In this document: positions 38,302 through 49,584 of the stretch, in pieces | Numbering within the stretch: position 1 is the first letter of the stretch | Layout: every line of letters begins with the position of its first letter | Source: Candidatus Binatia bacterium | GTDB lineage: Bacteria > Desulfobacterota > Binatia > HRBIN30 | Assembly (NCBI GenBank): GCA_937925685.1 | Contig: CALAMI010000008.1 | Coordinates: forward strand, 77,518 to 141,517 | Reading direction: 5' to 3' | DNA length: 64,000 bases | Made by a program: the position numbers and the translations under genes | The notes under the pieces: model-generated | What the model was told of the DNA's origin: nothing | What the model saw: the letters and a program-made list of their open reading frames with translations, nothing else | Database searches by the model: none

Positions 38302-40250
38302 AGTATTTTTTGCGCTTGACGGAATTCCGCCTTCGCTTAGCAAGGTTTTTCTCCATTGCTCTGTTTGCCATGTGCTTTGCCCGTGCCGGCTACTTGTGCC
38401 TGTTCCAGGTGGAGTTTCTTCACTCACGTGCTCGGCAGCAGCACATGCTGCAGGTGTCCGCGCCCCCTGAGCGGGCCTCGATCGTGGACCGAAACGGGCA
38501 AATTCTGGCACTCACACTGGAAGCCGCAGACGTCTACATTCGGCCTGCGAAGTTCAAGCCGCAGACTGCGCCGCTGGTGGCCGAAGCTCTGCAGATCTCC
38601 CCAGAGTTGGTGCGCCAGCGTGCCGATGTGTCTGCGCCGTTTGTGTGGCTTGGGCGCAACGTTCCACGCACGGAGGCAGCAAAACTCGCCTCGCTTCGGC
38701 TTGAAGGCGTGGGTACTGAGCCCGCGCGGCGACGCGTGTATCCCATGGGGCCGTTAGCTGGCCAAGTCCTCGGCACTGTGGGTGTTGACCTCGAAGGGTT
38801 AGCTGGGCTCGAGCTAAAGTACGATCGTTTTTTGCGCGTGAACGGGCAGTCCAGTATCTCCGAGCGGGACGCGCGCGGGCGCCGAATGAAAAGACAGTTG
38901 CAGCAGCCAGCACGGAACGGGAGCGGTGGTTTTCGGCTGCAGCTCACTTTGGACGCAACGTTGCAGCGCTTTACCGAAGCGAGCTTGAAAAAAGGAGTCG
39001 AGCGCAGCCGCGCCTTGCAAGGTCTTGCCCTGGTTCTCGATCCGCAGTCGGGCGAGGTTTTGGCGTTGGCCCACTACCCAGAATTCGATCCGAATCACCG
39101 CAGAGACGCCTCTCGCCCGAACGCAAGGCCCCGAGCGGTTACAGACCCCTTTGAACCAGGCTCGACCATGAAAGCGTTTACCGTTGCCGCTGGCTTGGAG
39201 GAGGGCGTTATTGCCCCAGAGGACCGCCTCTATTGCGACCGGGGCCGCTACCGTGTTGGCAATCGGGTCATCCGGGATCACGGCCGGTACGAGTGGCTCT
39301 CGATCGCGGACGTCCTTCGTCATTCCAGCAACATCTGTAGCGCGAAGATCGGCGAAAAGCTTGGAGCCGAGCGGCTACACGCTGCTTTGACCCGTTTTGG
39401 TTTCGACCGCATAACCAGTGTCGACCTCCCCGGAGAAAAAACTTACCCGCTGCGCCCATGGTCGAAGTGGGCTCGCATCCAGCTGGTGACAACGAGTTTT
39501 GGTCAGGGAGTCGCCGTTACGCCGATGCAGCTTGCTGTTGCATACGCCGCCCTGGCTAACGGCGGGCAGTTGGTGCGCCCGTACGTCGTCAAGCGAGCGA
39601 CGGGACCGGACGGAGCGGTAGTCTTCGAAAATCGCCCGCAGGTCGTTGGACGCGCGACTACACCGGAAGTGGCGGCCACGCTATCGCGTTTTCTCGAGGG
39701 GGTGGTGGAATCCGGGACTGGTAAGGAGGCCCAAATTAGGGGTGTGCGAGTCGCGGGCAAAACCGGTACGGCGCAGAAGGTCGAAATCGGCTCCGGACGG
39801 TACTCGACGCGCGATCGAATCGCTTCGTTCATCGGGTTTTTCCCCGTTGAGTCACCACGCTTCGTGATCTTGGTGATCATCGACACGCCTCGCACGGCGA
39901 CATATGGAGGAGTCGTCGCTGCCCCAGTCTTTCGTGAAATCGGCGAATTTGCCGCCGATCATTTTGGTTTGAGGGCAGCGCTCGGGCCCCAGCCTCTTCC
40001 GCCGCCACCGCTGCCAAGTGGCGCTCCCTCCCTGCGCAGAGCGAGCTGGACGGCTGAAGAGGCCTCGCGGGGCATGCCAAGTTTCCTGGGGCTCGGCCTC
40101 CGAGAGGCCTTACAACAGGCACAAACGGCTGGATGGGAGGTTGAGGTTTCTGGATGGGGCTTCGTCACGAAGCAAGATCCACCACCAGGAAGCCTGGCTG
40201 CCCCGAACCGCAAGCTGCGGTTGACGTTAGCTCCGCCTGCTTCTGGGTGA
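38298..40250 (+). CDS. ftsI: Peptidoglycan D,D-transpeptidase FtsI (PBP3)
   Basis: GTG start overlapping the ftsL stop. PBP dimerisation domain, then the transpeptidase motifs STMK, SSN and KTGT. Confidence 0.85.
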   Translation: MKYFLRLTEFRLRLARFFSIALFAMCFARAGYLCLFQVEFLHSRARQQHMLQVSAPPERASIVDRNGQILALTLEAADVYIRPAKFKPQTAPLVAEALQISPELVRQRADVSAPFVWLGRNVPRTEAAKLASLRLEGVGTEPARRRVYPMGPLAGQVLGTVGVDLEGLAGLELKYDRFLRVNGQSSISERDARGRRMKRQLQQPARNGSGGFRLQLTLDATLQRFTEASLKKGVERSRALQGLALVLDPQSGEVLALAHYPEFDPNHRRDASRPNARPRAVTDPFEPGSTMKAFTVAAGLEEGVIAPEDRLYCDRGRYRVGNRVIRDHGRYEWLSIADVLRHSSNICSAKIGEKLGAERLHAALTRFGFDRITSVDLPGEKTYPLRPWSKWARIQLVTTSFGQGVAVTPMQLAVAYAALANGGQLVRPYVVKRATGPDGAVVFENRPQVVGRATTPEVAATLSRFLEGVVESGTGKEAQIRGVRVAGKTGTAQKVEIGSGRYSTRDRIASFIGFFPVESPRFVILVIIDTPRTATYGGVVAAPVFREIGEFAADHFGLRAALGPQPLPPPPLPSGAPSLRRASWTAEEASRGMPSFLGLGLREALQQAQTAGWEVEVSGWGFVTKQDPPPGSLAAPNRKLRLTLAPPASG

Positions 40251-40253
40251 CTT

Positions 40254-41681
40254 ATGTTGGGAGGACCAGTAGAGAACGCCGAATTCTCGGGTGGAATGCG
40301 GTGGACGATCAAAGAAGTCCTGCGCGCGACCCGCGGAAGAAGTTCACTTGCGGACAATCAAGTTGTCCGTGGAGTTTGTACGGACTCGCGACGCGTTTCA
40401 CCTGGCGCGCTGTTCTTCGCTCTGAGAGGTGAGCGTTACGATGGGCATACCTTCGTAGAGGAGGCTTTGGCCAAGGGTGCCGAAGCAGCTGTGGTGGACG
40501 AGGTGGCTACCGGGAGGGTGGCCGAGCGATGCATCGTGGTGCCGGATACCTTGCAGGCCCTTGGCGATTTGGCGGCTTGGACACGGCGACGTGAGGGGTG
40601 GCGGGTCGTCGCCTTAACAGGCTCCACCGGGAAAACCACGACGAAGGAGTTGATTGCATCGATTTGCGCCCAAGCCTTAGGTCAGCAGAAAGTCCTGAAA
40701 ACCAAAGGCAACTGGAATAACTTAGTGGGCTTGCCTCTGACCATTGTCTCCGCCCACGGACGTGAAGACATCGCCGTTTTGGAAATGGGTATGAATCGCT
40801 TCGGTGAAATCCGTCGACTGACGGAAATTGCCCAGCCAGATGTCGGTCTCATCACGAACATTGGCTTGGCTCACCTCGGAGGTGTGGGGGGATCGATAGA
40901 AGGAGTGGCGCGTGCCAAAGGCGAATTGCTCGAAACGCTCGAGCCGAAAGCTACGTTCGTCGCGAACGTCGATGACGAGTGGATTTGCCGCCTCACCCAG
41001 GGTTTCCAGGGGTCAAAAGTGACCTTTGGGCGCGGTGGCGACGTTCAGGCTCACTGGATTCGTGACTTCGGGGTCGACGGCGTGGCCTTCGAGCTCGACT
41101 TGGCTGGAGTACGCGCAAGAGTTCGCCTTCGGTTATTGGGGGTTCACAATGTCAGCAACGCTTTGGCGGCAGCAGCCGTTGGGCTTGCGCTAAGCTTTCG
41201 TGTTGAGGCGATCGTGGCCGGTCTGGAGGATGTGGATGCGGTGACCGGTAGGGTGGAAGCGGTGCGGTTGAGGAATGGTGTGACCGTGCTCAACGATGCC
41301 TACAACGCGAATCCGTCCAGCGTGGAGGCTGCCCTGAAAGTGCTGCGGCGCTTTTCAGGGCGGCCGCTGGTGGTGCTGGGTGAGATGTTGGAGCTGGGCG
41401 GCGAGAGTCAACGCGCTCATCGCATGGTCGGTGAGCGCGTTGGCGCTCTCGATGTAGCGGCTCTGGTTGTGATCGGCGAGCAAACAGAGGCTACAGCTGC
41501 CGCTGCGCAACAGGCAGGCTTGCCCAACGAGCGGATCTATCTTTGCCGTAGCTGCGTTGAGGCGGCAGAAACTATCATGCGTATATGGCGGAGCGGTGAC
41601 GTTGTCCTGGTGAAAGGTTCCCATAATTTGCATATGGAAGAGGTGGTGCGCATACTGGTTGAGGCTGGGAACGCGAGCTGA
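40254..41681 (+). CDS. murF: UDP-MurNAc-tripeptide--D-alanyl-D-alanine ligase MurF
   Basis: [22 protein letters not shown], the MurF-specific [15 protein letters not shown] motif, and the C-terminal [15 protein letters not shown]. Confidence 0.85.
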   Translation: MLGGPVENAEFSGGMRWTIKEVLRATRGRSSLADNQVVRGVCTDSRRVSPGALFFALRGERYDGHTFVEEALAKGAEAAVVDEVATGRVAERCIVVPDTLQALGDLAAWTRRREGWRVVALTGSTGKTTTKELIASICAQALGQQKVLKTKGNWNNLVGLPLTIVSAHGREDIAVLEMGMNRFGEIRRLTEIAQPDVGLITNIGLAHLGGVGGSIEGVARAKGELLETLEPKATFVANVDDEWICRLTQGFQGSKVTFGRGGDVQAHWIRDFGVDGVAFELDLAGVRARVRLRLLGVHNVSNALAAAAVGLALSFRVEAIVAGLEDVDAVTGRVEAVRLRNGVTVLNDAYNANPSSVEAALKVLRRFSGRPLVVLGEMLELGGESQRAHRMVGERVGALDVAALVVIGEQTEATAAAAQQAGLPNERIYLCRSCVEAAETIMRIWRSGDVVLVKGSHNLHMEEVVRILVEAGNAS

Positions 41682-42757
41682 TGCTGTATCACCTTCTCTA
41701 CCCGCTGCACACCTCGATCTCTGCATTTAACGTATTCCGTTACATCACCTTTCGCTCCCTAGTGGCCGCACTTCTAGCCTTGGCCATTTCGTTTCTGCTG
41801 GGGCCATGGTTAATTCGGCGGTTACGGAAAAACCAGATTGGACAAACCATCCGCCCCGACGGCCCGCAAAGACACTTTGCGAAGGCTGGCACTCCCACCA
41901 TGGGGGGCACGTTGATTCTTTTTTCCTTGTTGAGTGCCACGCTACTGTTGTCCGATCTTACCAATTTTTACGTCTGGTTGTTGGTCGCGGTTACCGCGGC
42001 TTTTGGGGTGATTGGCTTCGTGGACGACTATCAGAAAATCCGTCGGGGGAACGGGCGCGGGTTGACCGGCACGCAAAAACTTTCGGCGCAGTTCCTCATT
42101 GCGGCGGTCGTGGCATCACTGCTGTACCTGAGACCAGAGTTTTCCACCGAGCTGTACGTGCCGTTTTTCAAAAACATCCATCCGGAACTAGGTTGGTTGT
42201 ACATTCCTTTTGGGATGCTGGTGATTGTCGGGGCGTCCAACGCGGTCAATCTCACCGACGGTTTGGATGGTCTAGCGATCGGACCGGTGATGACGACAGC
42301 CTTTACCTACGGAATCTTTGCCTATCTCGCGGGCAGCCCGAAGCTCGCAGAATATCTGCAAATCCCTCACGTGGCCGGAGCGGCAGAACTTGCTGTGTTT
42401 TGCGCAGCGCTGATTTGCGCTGGGCTGGGGTTTCTTTGGTTCAATGCTTACCCGGCGAAGATGTTTATGGGTGACGTTGGCTCGTTACCCCTAGGGGCTG
42501 CATTGGCCACGGTTGCGCTGGTGACGAAGCAAGAGATTGTCCTCGTGGTCGCTGGGGCCGTGTTTGTCGCCGAGGCGCTGTCCGTGATCTTTCAGGTGGC
42601 CTCATATAAAATGCGGCGGAAGCGGATCTTCCGCATGGCGCCCATTCATCACCATTTCGAACTCCTTGGATGGCCGGAACCGCAAATCATAGTCCGTTTT
42701 TGGATCGTCTCTGTAGTTGCAGCCCTGCTGGCGCTGAGTACCTTAAAGCTCCGATGA
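41681..42757 (+). CDS. mraY: Phospho-N-acetylmuramoyl-pentapeptide transferase MraY
   Basis: Full-length MraY similarity ([15 protein letters not shown]). Confidence 0.95.
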   Translation: MLYHLLYPLHTSISAFNVFRYITFRSLVAALLALAISFLLGPWLIRRLRKNQIGQTIRPDGPQRHFAKAGTPTMGGTLILFSLLSATLLLSDLTNFYVWLLVAVTAAFGVIGFVDDYQKIRRGNGRGLTGTQKLSAQFLIAAVVASLLYLRPEFSTELYVPFFKNIHPELGWLYIPFGMLVIVGASNAVNLTDGLDGLAIGPVMTTAFTYGIFAYLAGSPKLAEYLQIPHVAGAAELAVFCAALICAGLGFLWFNAYPAKMFMGDVGSLPLGAALATVALVTKQEIVLVVAGAVFVAEALSVIFQVASYKMRRKRIFRMAPIHHHFELLGWPEPQIIVRFWIVSVVAALLALSTLKLR

Positions 42758-44091
42758 ACACTACCTGGGCGGCGAAACGTGTGTTGGTTTTAGGCGCGGG
42801 CCGAACCGGCCTGGCTGTGGCCCGTTTTTTGAGCGCTCGCCAAGCCCGGGTCGTGCTGGCTGATCGAAATCTCGCAAAACTCAGCGATCTGAGCTTACCC
42901 TCGGCAGTCGCCGTCTGCAGCGAGCACAACGCAACGCAGCTAGTCAGCGGGTTCGACTTGGTGGTGACCAGTCCCGGAGTACCGCCAACGAATCCGGTAT
43001 TGCGACGAGCCCAAGAGTTGCGGCTGCCCATTTGGAGCGAAATAGAATTGGCGGCGCGGCATTTGTCGGTGCCCATCGTGGCGATCACAGGTACAAACGG
43101 GAAGAGTACCACCACCGTGCTGCTCGGAGAGATCTGCCGCCAAGCAGGGCGGAGAGCGTTTGTCGGTGGCAACCTCGGTACGCCGCTTATCGAAGCCGTC
43201 GCGGACCAAGGGTGTACCTTGGTCGTCGCCGAGGTGTCCAGCTTTCAGCTCGAATGGGTTGAATGCTTGCAGCCGCATGTGGGGGTGTTTTTGAATCTTT
43301 CACCGGACCATCTGGATCGTTACCCGGACCTCGATGCTTACGGTGAGGCCAAGCTTCGATTGTTTGCACGCCAAGGCCCTACGGACTTCGCAATCCTCAA
43401 TCGTGACGACGCATGGATTTGGTCGCAACGGCAAAGGATCCGCTCGACCCTGCGCACGTTTGCTCATGGTCACTCGTTCCCCTGCCACGCTTGGGTTGAG
43501 AGGGAGCGCTTATGCGTGGTCGACGAGGGGGCGGAGCCTTGGAATCTCGATCTTTCGGCATCGGCCCTTGTGGGTGTCCACAACCGGGAGAACATCATGG
43601 CTGCCGCCCTGGCGGCGCGCTGCCTTCAGCTACCAGCGGCTGCCGTCCAAGCTGCGCTCAACTCTATGCGGCCGTTGCCCCACCGATTGGAGCTCGTGCG
43701 CGAGTGGCGTGGTGTGCGGTTTTACGACGATTCCAAAGGCACGAATGTTGGTGCCGTACGAATGTCATTGGCTAGCTTTGACCGTCCTGTCGTCCTGCTC
43801 GCCGGTGGTTACGAGAAGGGTGGCAACTACGTGTGCTTGGCAAGCGATTTCCAGCAACGTGTGCGCCATGCGGTGTTCTTCGGAGCTTCCGGACCGAAAT
43901 GGGCCGCACAACTGGGACGCTTCGTGGCTCACACGGTGGTGGGCAGTCTGAAACAGGGTGTTCAGGTGGCTGCGGAGCTCGCCAAGCCGGGAGACATTGT
44001 GCTGCTTTCGCCTGGCTGCGCAAGCTTTGATGAGTTTGAGGATTTCGCCCATCGAGGTCAATGCTTTCGCCAGTGGGTGCAGGAGCTATGA
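42754..44091 (+). CDS. murD: UDP-MurNAc-L-alanine--D-glutamate ligase MurD
   Basis: N-terminal Rossmann [13 protein letters not shown] and Mur ligase ATP site [13 protein letters not shown] overlap with mraY. Confidence 0.9.
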   Translation: MNTTWAAKRVLVLGAGRTGLAVARFLSARQARVVLADRNLAKLSDLSLPSAVAVCSEHNATQLVSGFDLVVTSPGVPPTNPVLRRAQELRLPIWSEIELAARHLSVPIVAITGTNGKSTTTVLLGEICRQAGRRAFVGGNLGTPLIEAVADQGCTLVVAEVSSFQLEWVECLQPHVGVFLNLSPDHLDRYPDLDAYGEAKLRLFARQGPTDFAILNRDDAWIWSQRQRIRSTLRTFAHGHSFPCHAWVERERLCVVDEGAEPWNLDLSASALVGVHNRENIMAAALAARCLQLPAAAVQAALNSMRPLPHRLELVREWRGVRFYDDSKGTNVGAVRMSLASFDRPVVLLAGGYEKGGNYVCLASDFQQRVRHAVFFGASGPKWAAQLGRFVAHTVVGSLKQGVQVAAELAKPGDIVLLSPGCASFDEFEDFAHRGQCFRQWVQEL

Positions 44092-45254
44092 GGTGGCACG
44101 CGACCGCCTTCGTTTTGTCAGGTGGTCAGCCCGCACGGCAGCGGCGGGCAAAGACCCTTCCGCGGGTGCGTTCAGGGGATCCCTGGTTGTTGGGTGCCGT
44201 GGCAGCGCTTCTGGCACTCGGAGCGGTCATGGTGTTCAACGCGAGCTATTTTTACGCCCTTGAGGTTAAGGGCGACCCGCTCTTCTTTACCTGGCGGCAT
44301 TCGCTGTCCCTGGTTGCGAGTCTGGTGACCGCAGCTTTCGCAGCCCGCGTGCCTTGGACATTTTGGGAGGAACGGGCGCGGATCTTGTATGCCCTCAGTG
44401 TCATGGTACTGGCTGCCGTGCTCCTATTTGGCCGAGAGGAAAATGGAGCCCGGCGTTGGCTGGAAGTGCCCATGCTGCCTCTAACGGTTCAGCCCTCGGA
44501 ACTGGTCAAGACAGTGTTGGTGCTTTACTGGGCCCGATATCTGGCCCGACGTTACGATAAGCTTCATCTATGGTGGGAGGGAATTTTACCGCCGTTATTT
44601 CTCACCGGGGTGTTGCTTGTGCTCCTGTACTTGCAGCCGGATTTTGGTACGGCGATGATCTTCGTTGCCACCGCTTCGGGAATGTTGGTCATTGCCGGGG
44701 TACGCTGGAGGCAAATCGCTGCGCTGCTACTCCTGGCTGGAGTCGGGGCCATGGTGGGGATTCAGGCGGAGCCGTACCGATTAGGGCGAATCGTTAGCTT
44801 CTTGCAGGCCTGGGAACATGATCGGGGCGTGGGCTACCAACTCGTACAATCCATGATCGCTGTAGGATCCGGTGGCCTAACCGGCGTTGGTTTGGGTGCA
44901 AGCCAGCAGAAACTCTTCTTTTTGCCCGCCGCACACACTGACTTCATTTTCGCAGTCATCGCGGAGGAGCTTGGACTCATCGGGATAGCTGTAGTGCTGG
45001 GGCTCTTTGCTGTGATTGCCCATCGGGGCATCCATATAGCACAAAGTCATGAGCAACCCTTTGTGCGCCTGCTGGCAGCCGGCCTAACGATGACGCTGGT
45101 GTTCGAGGCTGGGCTCAACTTCGCCGTAGTCTTGGGCATGGCCCCGCCAAAGGGCCTGGCTTTGCCCTTTGTTAGTTACGGAGGGTCGGCGCTGGTCGGG
45201 GCGATGCTCCGTGTGGGAATTTTGTGGAACCTATCCCGCTCGACGAGTTCGTGA
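44088..45254 (+). CDS. ftsW: Peptidoglycan glycosyltransferase FtsW (SEDS family)
   Basis: 10-TM SEDS protein with conserved PLTVQPSELVK and TDFIFAVIAEELG motifs. Confidence 0.9.
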   Translation: MRWHATAFVLSGGQPARQRRAKTLPRVRSGDPWLLGAVAALLALGAVMVFNASYFYALEVKGDPLFFTWRHSLSLVASLVTAAFAARVPWTFWEERARILYALSVMVLAAVLLFGREENGARRWLEVPMLPLTVQPSELVKTVLVLYWARYLARRYDKLHLWWEGILPPLFLTGVLLVLLYLQPDFGTAMIFVATASGMLVIAGVRWRQIAALLLLAGVGAMVGIQAEPYRLGRIVSFLQAWEHDRGVGYQLVQSMIAVGSGGLTGVGLGASQQKLFFLPAAHTDFIFAVIAEELGLIGIAVVLGLFAVIAHRGIHIAQSHEQPFVRLLAAGLTMTLVFEAGLNFAVVLGMAPPKGLALPFVSYGGSALVGAMLRVGILWNLSRSTSS

Positions 45255-46333
45255 TGCGATTGGTCGTCGCTGGAGGAGGGACCGGTGGACATTTGTTTCC
45301 CGGCATAGCGGTTGCGGAGGTCTGTGTGGCGAAAACCGGGGGCGAGGTCCTTTTTGTTGGCAGTGCCCATGGCCTGGAGGCGAAAGTGGTGCCCCGAAAA
45401 GGCTATCCGTTTGTCGGGCTTGGGGTGAAGGGAGCACGCGGTCGTGGGTGGCGTGGATGGGTAGAATTTGCTGGTGAAATGCCGTTGGCTTTCCTCCGTG
45501 CCTGGCGCGCGCTTGCGCGGTTCTCTCCCCATGTGGTGGTTGGCCTGGGAAGTTACGGCTCGGTGCCGGTGATCTTAGCAGCTTGGAGCCGCGGAATACC
45601 GATCGTTCTCCTGGAACAAAACGCTCGCCCTGGGTTGGCCAATCGCCTCCTCGGTAGGTTGGCCACGACAGTGTGTACCGCGTTTGCGGAAGCGGGGCGT
45701 TTTTTCCCTCAAGGGAAAAGCATCTACACGGGCAACCCTGTGCGCCGGCTACACGCAAGTTCACTTGCAGCGGAGATGGGGCATCAAAAAGGGTTCCACC
45801 TCTTGGCTTTCGGCGGCAGTCAAGGTGCGCGGTCTATTAACCGAGCAATGGTGGACGCTGTGCGCGTTTTGTGGCAATGCCTTCCTTCGCTGATCGTGAC
45901 GCACCAAACGGGATCGGCTGACGAACAGTGGGTTGCGCGAGAATACCAAGCAGCGGGCGTTGTGGCACGAGTGTCTGCCTTTATTGAGGACATGGCCACC
46001 GCGTACGCCTGCGCTGACTTAGTGGTGTGCCGTGCTGGAGCCACGACTCTTGCAGAGTTAGCCACCGTGGGTAAACCTGCGATCTTGGTTCCATACCCTT
46101 TTGCTACCGATGATCACCAACGGGTGAACGCGGAGGTGTGGGTGCGGGAGGGGGCTGCGGAAATGATTTTAGATCGAGAACTGTCGGGAGAACGATTGGC
46201 GGAGAAGATTCGTGCTCTTGTCGCCAACCCAGAGCGGCTCGCTACCCTGGCACGGAACGCTTTACGCCTGGCCAGGCCAGAGGCGGCGGAGCACGTCGTG
46301 CGCATTTGCGAGCAAGTGGGGAGTCGGCGGTGA
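45254..46333 (+). CDS. murG: UDP-GlcNAc:undecaprenyl-PP-MurNAc-pentapeptide GlcNAc transferase MurG
   Basis: MRLVVAGGGTGGHLFPG N-terminus and a GT-B fold. Confidence 0.9.
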   Translation: MRLVVAGGGTGGHLFPGIAVAEVCVAKTGGEVLFVGSAHGLEAKVVPRKGYPFVGLGVKGARGRGWRGWVEFAGEMPLAFLRAWRALARFSPHVVVGLGSYGSVPVILAAWSRGIPIVLLEQNARPGLANRLLGRLATTVCTAFAEAGRFFPQGKSIYTGNPVRRLHASSLAAEMGHQKGFHLLAFGGSQGARSINRAMVDAVRVLWQCLPSLIVTHQTGSADEQWVAREYQAAGVVARVSAFIEDMATAYACADLVVCRAGATTLAELATVGKPAILVPYPFATDDHQRVNAEVWVREGAAEMILDRELSGERLAEKIRALVANPERLATLARNALRLARPEAAEHVVRICEQVGSRR

Positions 46334-47754
46334 TGTTACTTCACAAGCGAGCTCGAAAAGTTCACCTGGTTGGGATCGGTGGCGTCGGCATGAGCGGGAT
46401 CGCGGAAGTGCTTTTGAAACTCGGTTACCGTGTTACCGGTTCGGACTTGCGGGAAAGTGAAACGACCCGAAGGCTAGTTAGCCTCGGAGCGCGCATTGTT
46501 TACGGGCACGAGGAAAGCCATGTGGATCCTGATGTCGAGGTTGTGGTCATTTCCTCGGCAGTGCGTTTTTCCAACCCAGAGGTCCTGCGGGCCCGGGAGT
46601 TGAAAATCCCCGTCATTCCACGGGCAGAAATGTTGGCTGAACTGATGCGGACCAAGTCGGGGATTGCCGTTGCCGGTACGCATGGAAAAACGACGACTAC
46701 CTCGCTGATTGCCGCAATTTTGGCGCGTGCCGGATCGGACCCCACGGTCGTCATTGGCGGAAAAGTGCACGCCTTGGGAACGAATGCGCATTTGGGCAAC
46801 GGCGATCTTATGGTCGTGGAGGCGGACGAAAGTGACGGCAGCTTCCTTTTGCTCTCCCCGGTTTTGGCCGTGGTGACCAACATTGACGCGGAGCATCTCG
46901 ACTATTACGGCGACCTCGAGCGCGTGAAAGCCGCCTACCTAGAATTCATCAACCGCGTGCCCTTTTTTGGCGCGGCAGTCGTTTGCCTCGACGACGCAAA
47001 TGTTCGGGCGCTGCTGCCTCAGGCGAAAAAACGCACGATCACTTACGGTACGGCGGCGGATGCCGAGTTCAGGGCCCGAGAGCTACGCGTGCATGGGCTC
47101 GAAACGCACTTTGTCGTGGAGCAGCACGGCAAATGTTTGGGGGACTTGGTAGTTCGCATGCCAGGGCGGCATCAGGCGTTAAACGCTTTGGCTGCCTTGG
47201 CTGTTGCGACGGAAATCGGGGTCCCCTTTGACACTGTAAGGTCCACCTTAGCGGAGTTTCGCGGCATCCATCGCCGGTTCGAAATCTGCGGTGAGGAGGG
47301 TGGAGTGCTGGTTGTGAGCGATTACGGGCACCACCCTGCAGAAATTCGCGCAACTCTGGCGGCTGCACGAGAGGGATTCGAGAGGCGACTCGCAGTCGTG
47401 TTTCAGCCTCATCGTTTCACCCGTACGCGAGATTTGTTTGCGGGCTTTTTAGAGGCCTTCGATGCCGCAGATCAACTCGTAATCACCGAGATCTATCCGG
47501 CGGGGGAGCAGCCCATTGAAGGGGTGAGCGGCGAGGCGTTGTATCGGGCATTGAAACGCCGTGGCCACTTGGACGTAGACTTCGTGCCCGAGTTGGCCTC
47601 GGTCCCCGAGTCGTTACGTGCACGGCTTCGCCCAGGGGATCTGGTCCTCGTGCTGGGTGCGGGCAACATCCACGAGGTTGTCGCCCCACTGCTAAGAATC
47701 CTGGGGAATCGAGACCCAGTGTCGACGGTGCACGGATGGGCAGCCAACGGGTAA
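46333..47754 (+). CDS. murC: UDP-N-acetylmuramate--L-alanine ligase MurC
   Basis: HLVGIGGVGMSGIAEVL and GTHGKTTTTS motifs. No Ddl domain is fused. Confidence 0.9.
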   Translation: MLLHKRARKVHLVGIGGVGMSGIAEVLLKLGYRVTGSDLRESETTRRLVSLGARIVYGHEESHVDPDVEVVVISSAVRFSNPEVLRARELKIPVIPRAEMLAELMRTKSGIAVAGTHGKTTTTSLIAAILARAGSDPTVVIGGKVHALGTNAHLGNGDLMVVEADESDGSFLLLSPVLAVVTNIDAEHLDYYGDLERVKAAYLEFINRVPFFGAAVVCLDDANVRALLPQAKKRTITYGTAADAEFRARELRVHGLETHFVVEQHGKCLGDLVVRMPGRHQALNALAALAVATEIGVPFDTVRSTLAEFRGIHRRFEICGEEGGVLVVSDYGHHPAEIRATLAAAREGFERRLAVVFQPHRFTRTRDLFAGFLEAFDAADQLVITEIYPAGEQPIEGVSGEALYRALKRRGHLDVDFVPELASVPESLRARLRPGDLVLVLGAGNIHEVVAPLLRILGNRDPVSTVHGWAANG

Positions 47755-48674
47755 CGAATCCAGCCGGAAAGGAGCTCCAAGCACTTTTCGGGGAGCGGCT
47801 CAAGCAGCAGGAACCCCTTGCGAAGCACACCTCATTTCGCATCGGCGGCCCAGCGGACTTCTGGGTGCAGGTGGAAAGACCCGAGGAAATCGCAGCCGTG
47901 GATAATTGGGCGAGCTACGTCGGGGTAAGGTGGTGGCTGCTGGGCGGAGGGACGAATGTTTTAGTGAGTGACCTAGGTGTACGAGGCATCGTTTTTCGCT
48001 TGGGGCGGTCGTTTGCCTTTTCAGAGTGGAGGTTCAACGGGACGCGCGCGTATGTGCGTGCGGGTGCAAGCCTACCACTCAAGAAGCTGGTTTTGCAGGC
48101 AGTGGAGCAAGATTTCACTGGTCTCGAGTTTGCCGAAGGAATCCCGGGAACTGTGGGAGGGGGGCTCCTGATGAATGCGGGTGCCTTTGGGGGAGAGCTT
48201 GCTGACGTGGTGCGGGCCGTCGAGTTGATCACTCCTAGAGGCCAACACCGGCGCGCTAGCGTGGACGAGTTGCAGTTTGGTTACCGCCACTTCAGTTTAC
48301 CACGCGGCACTGTGGTGACCGCGGTGGAATTCGTGCTTTGCCGCGCGCCCCACGAGGTAGTTTGGGAGCGGTATCGCCGGGCAAAAGAGAAGCGTGAACG
48401 TACACAACCGCGCGGTTTACCGAATGCTGGCTCGATCTTCAAAAACCCACCGGGTGACTCCGCCGGGCGCTTGATCGAGGCGGTGGGTCTCAAGGGTTAC
48501 CGCATCGGCCAGGCGATGTTCTCCCCAAAGCACGCAAATTTCATCGTGAATTTGGGGGGCGCTCGAGCACAAGACGTGCGCCAACTCATGCGTGAGGCTC
48601 AAAAGCGCGTGTTGGAGCGGTTTGGTGTCGACCTTGAGCCAGAGGTGCGGCTGATCGGCGAGTGGTCAGAATGA
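47736..48674 (+). CDS. murB: UDP-N-acetylenolpyruvoylglucosamine reductase MurB
   Basis: FAD-binding PCMH domain (FRIGGPADFWV, LLGGGTNVLVSD) and MurB C-terminal domain. Confidence 0.85.
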   Translation: MGSQRVTNPAGKELQALFGERLKQQEPLAKHTSFRIGGPADFWVQVERPEEIAAVDNWASYVGVRWWLLGGGTNVLVSDLGVRGIVFRLGRSFAFSEWRFNGTRAYVRAGASLPLKKLVLQAVEQDFTGLEFAEGIPGTVGGGLLMNAGAFGGELADVVRAVELITPRGQHRRASVDELQFGYRHFSLPRGTVVTAVEFVLCRAPHEVVWERYRRAKEKRERTQPRGLPNAGSIFKNPPGDSAGRLIEAVGLKGYRIGQAMFSPKHANFIVNLGGARAQDVRQLMREAQKRVLERFGVDLEPEVRLIGEWSE

Positions 48675-49501
48675 TGAGGATTTTCTCAAAACCCACTTTT
48701 GCCGCGCAAGCGCGTAACCCCCACAGGCTGAGGGCCGGGCTGCTGTTTTGTTTTGGGGGGACCCTTTTACTGGGGCTCACCTGGAAAGGCCCTGGATGGT
48801 TTCAGAAGGCGCGCATGCACCCATACTTTTGCGTTCAAGATCTTAAACTCGAAGGAAACCGTCGGGTCTCGCGAGAGCAGCTCTTGGCATGGATTGGCTG
48901 GCGGGAGAATGTCAGTATTTGGGACGTCGATCCGCTGGCCTTGCAGAGACGTCTCACACAGCACCCGTGGATTCGTGGGGCCACCGTGCAACGCATCCTT
49001 CCCCGACGGGTTCGTATCCAAGTGCGCGAGCGAAGACCAGTGGCTTTGGTCCAAGTGAATGGCGCGTTCCAGTATGTCGATCGCTTAGGAAAACTTTTGG
49101 GCCCGCTGCTTCCTGGAGAAGCCCCGGATCTGCCGGTTATCTCCGGCATCGACGAATTTGCAGACCGTGAGCTCGCACCTGTGCATGTACATCGTGCTCT
49201 ACAGCTCCTGAGGGTGTGTGAGCAGCTTCAGTACTCCGATACCATCTCCCAGGTTCAGATCGGGCAAAAAGGCTTGGTCGTGGTGCCGCTGCATCCACGC
49301 GTGGTCATCGTCCTGGGTTGGGGTAGGCTAGAGGAAAAGCTTCGCCGCTTGGCTCGTATCTTTGCAGCCTGGGAGGGGCACGTGGACCAGTTGCGCGAGG
49401 TGGACTTATCCTTCCCTAACGTGGCAGTTTTGAAGCTTGTGCCCGATCCGCAAAAGCCAGCCCGCCGATCGAAGTCACGGCCCGGGCGGACGGAAGCGTG
49501 A
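48662..49501 (+). CDS. ftsQ: Cell division protein FtsQ (POTRA domain)
   Basis: N-terminal TM segment, then a POTRA-like region (VQDLKLEGNRRVSREQL...VDPLALQRRL...WIRGATVQRILPRRVRIQVRER). It sits directly after murB with no ddl gene. Confidence 0.7.
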   Translation: MVRMMRIFSKPTFAAQARNPHRLRAGLLFCFGGTLLLGLTWKGPGWFQKARMHPYFCVQDLKLEGNRRVSREQLLAWIGWRENVSIWDVDPLALQRRLTQHPWIRGATVQRILPRRVRIQVRERRPVALVQVNGAFQYVDRLGKLLGPLLPGEAPDLPVISGIDEFADRELAPVHVHRALQLLRVCEQLQYSDTISQVQIGQKGLVVVPLHPRVVIVLGWGRLEEKLRRLARIFAAWEGHVDQLREVDLSFPNVAVLKLVPDPQKPARRSKSRPGRTEA

Positions 49502-49584
49502 GACTTGCGCCAGGTGATGCTCTGTTTTGGGAATTGTGGTACAAGGAGCCCAGTGATTGTGGTGGTGGAGGTTGCGGTTCACGG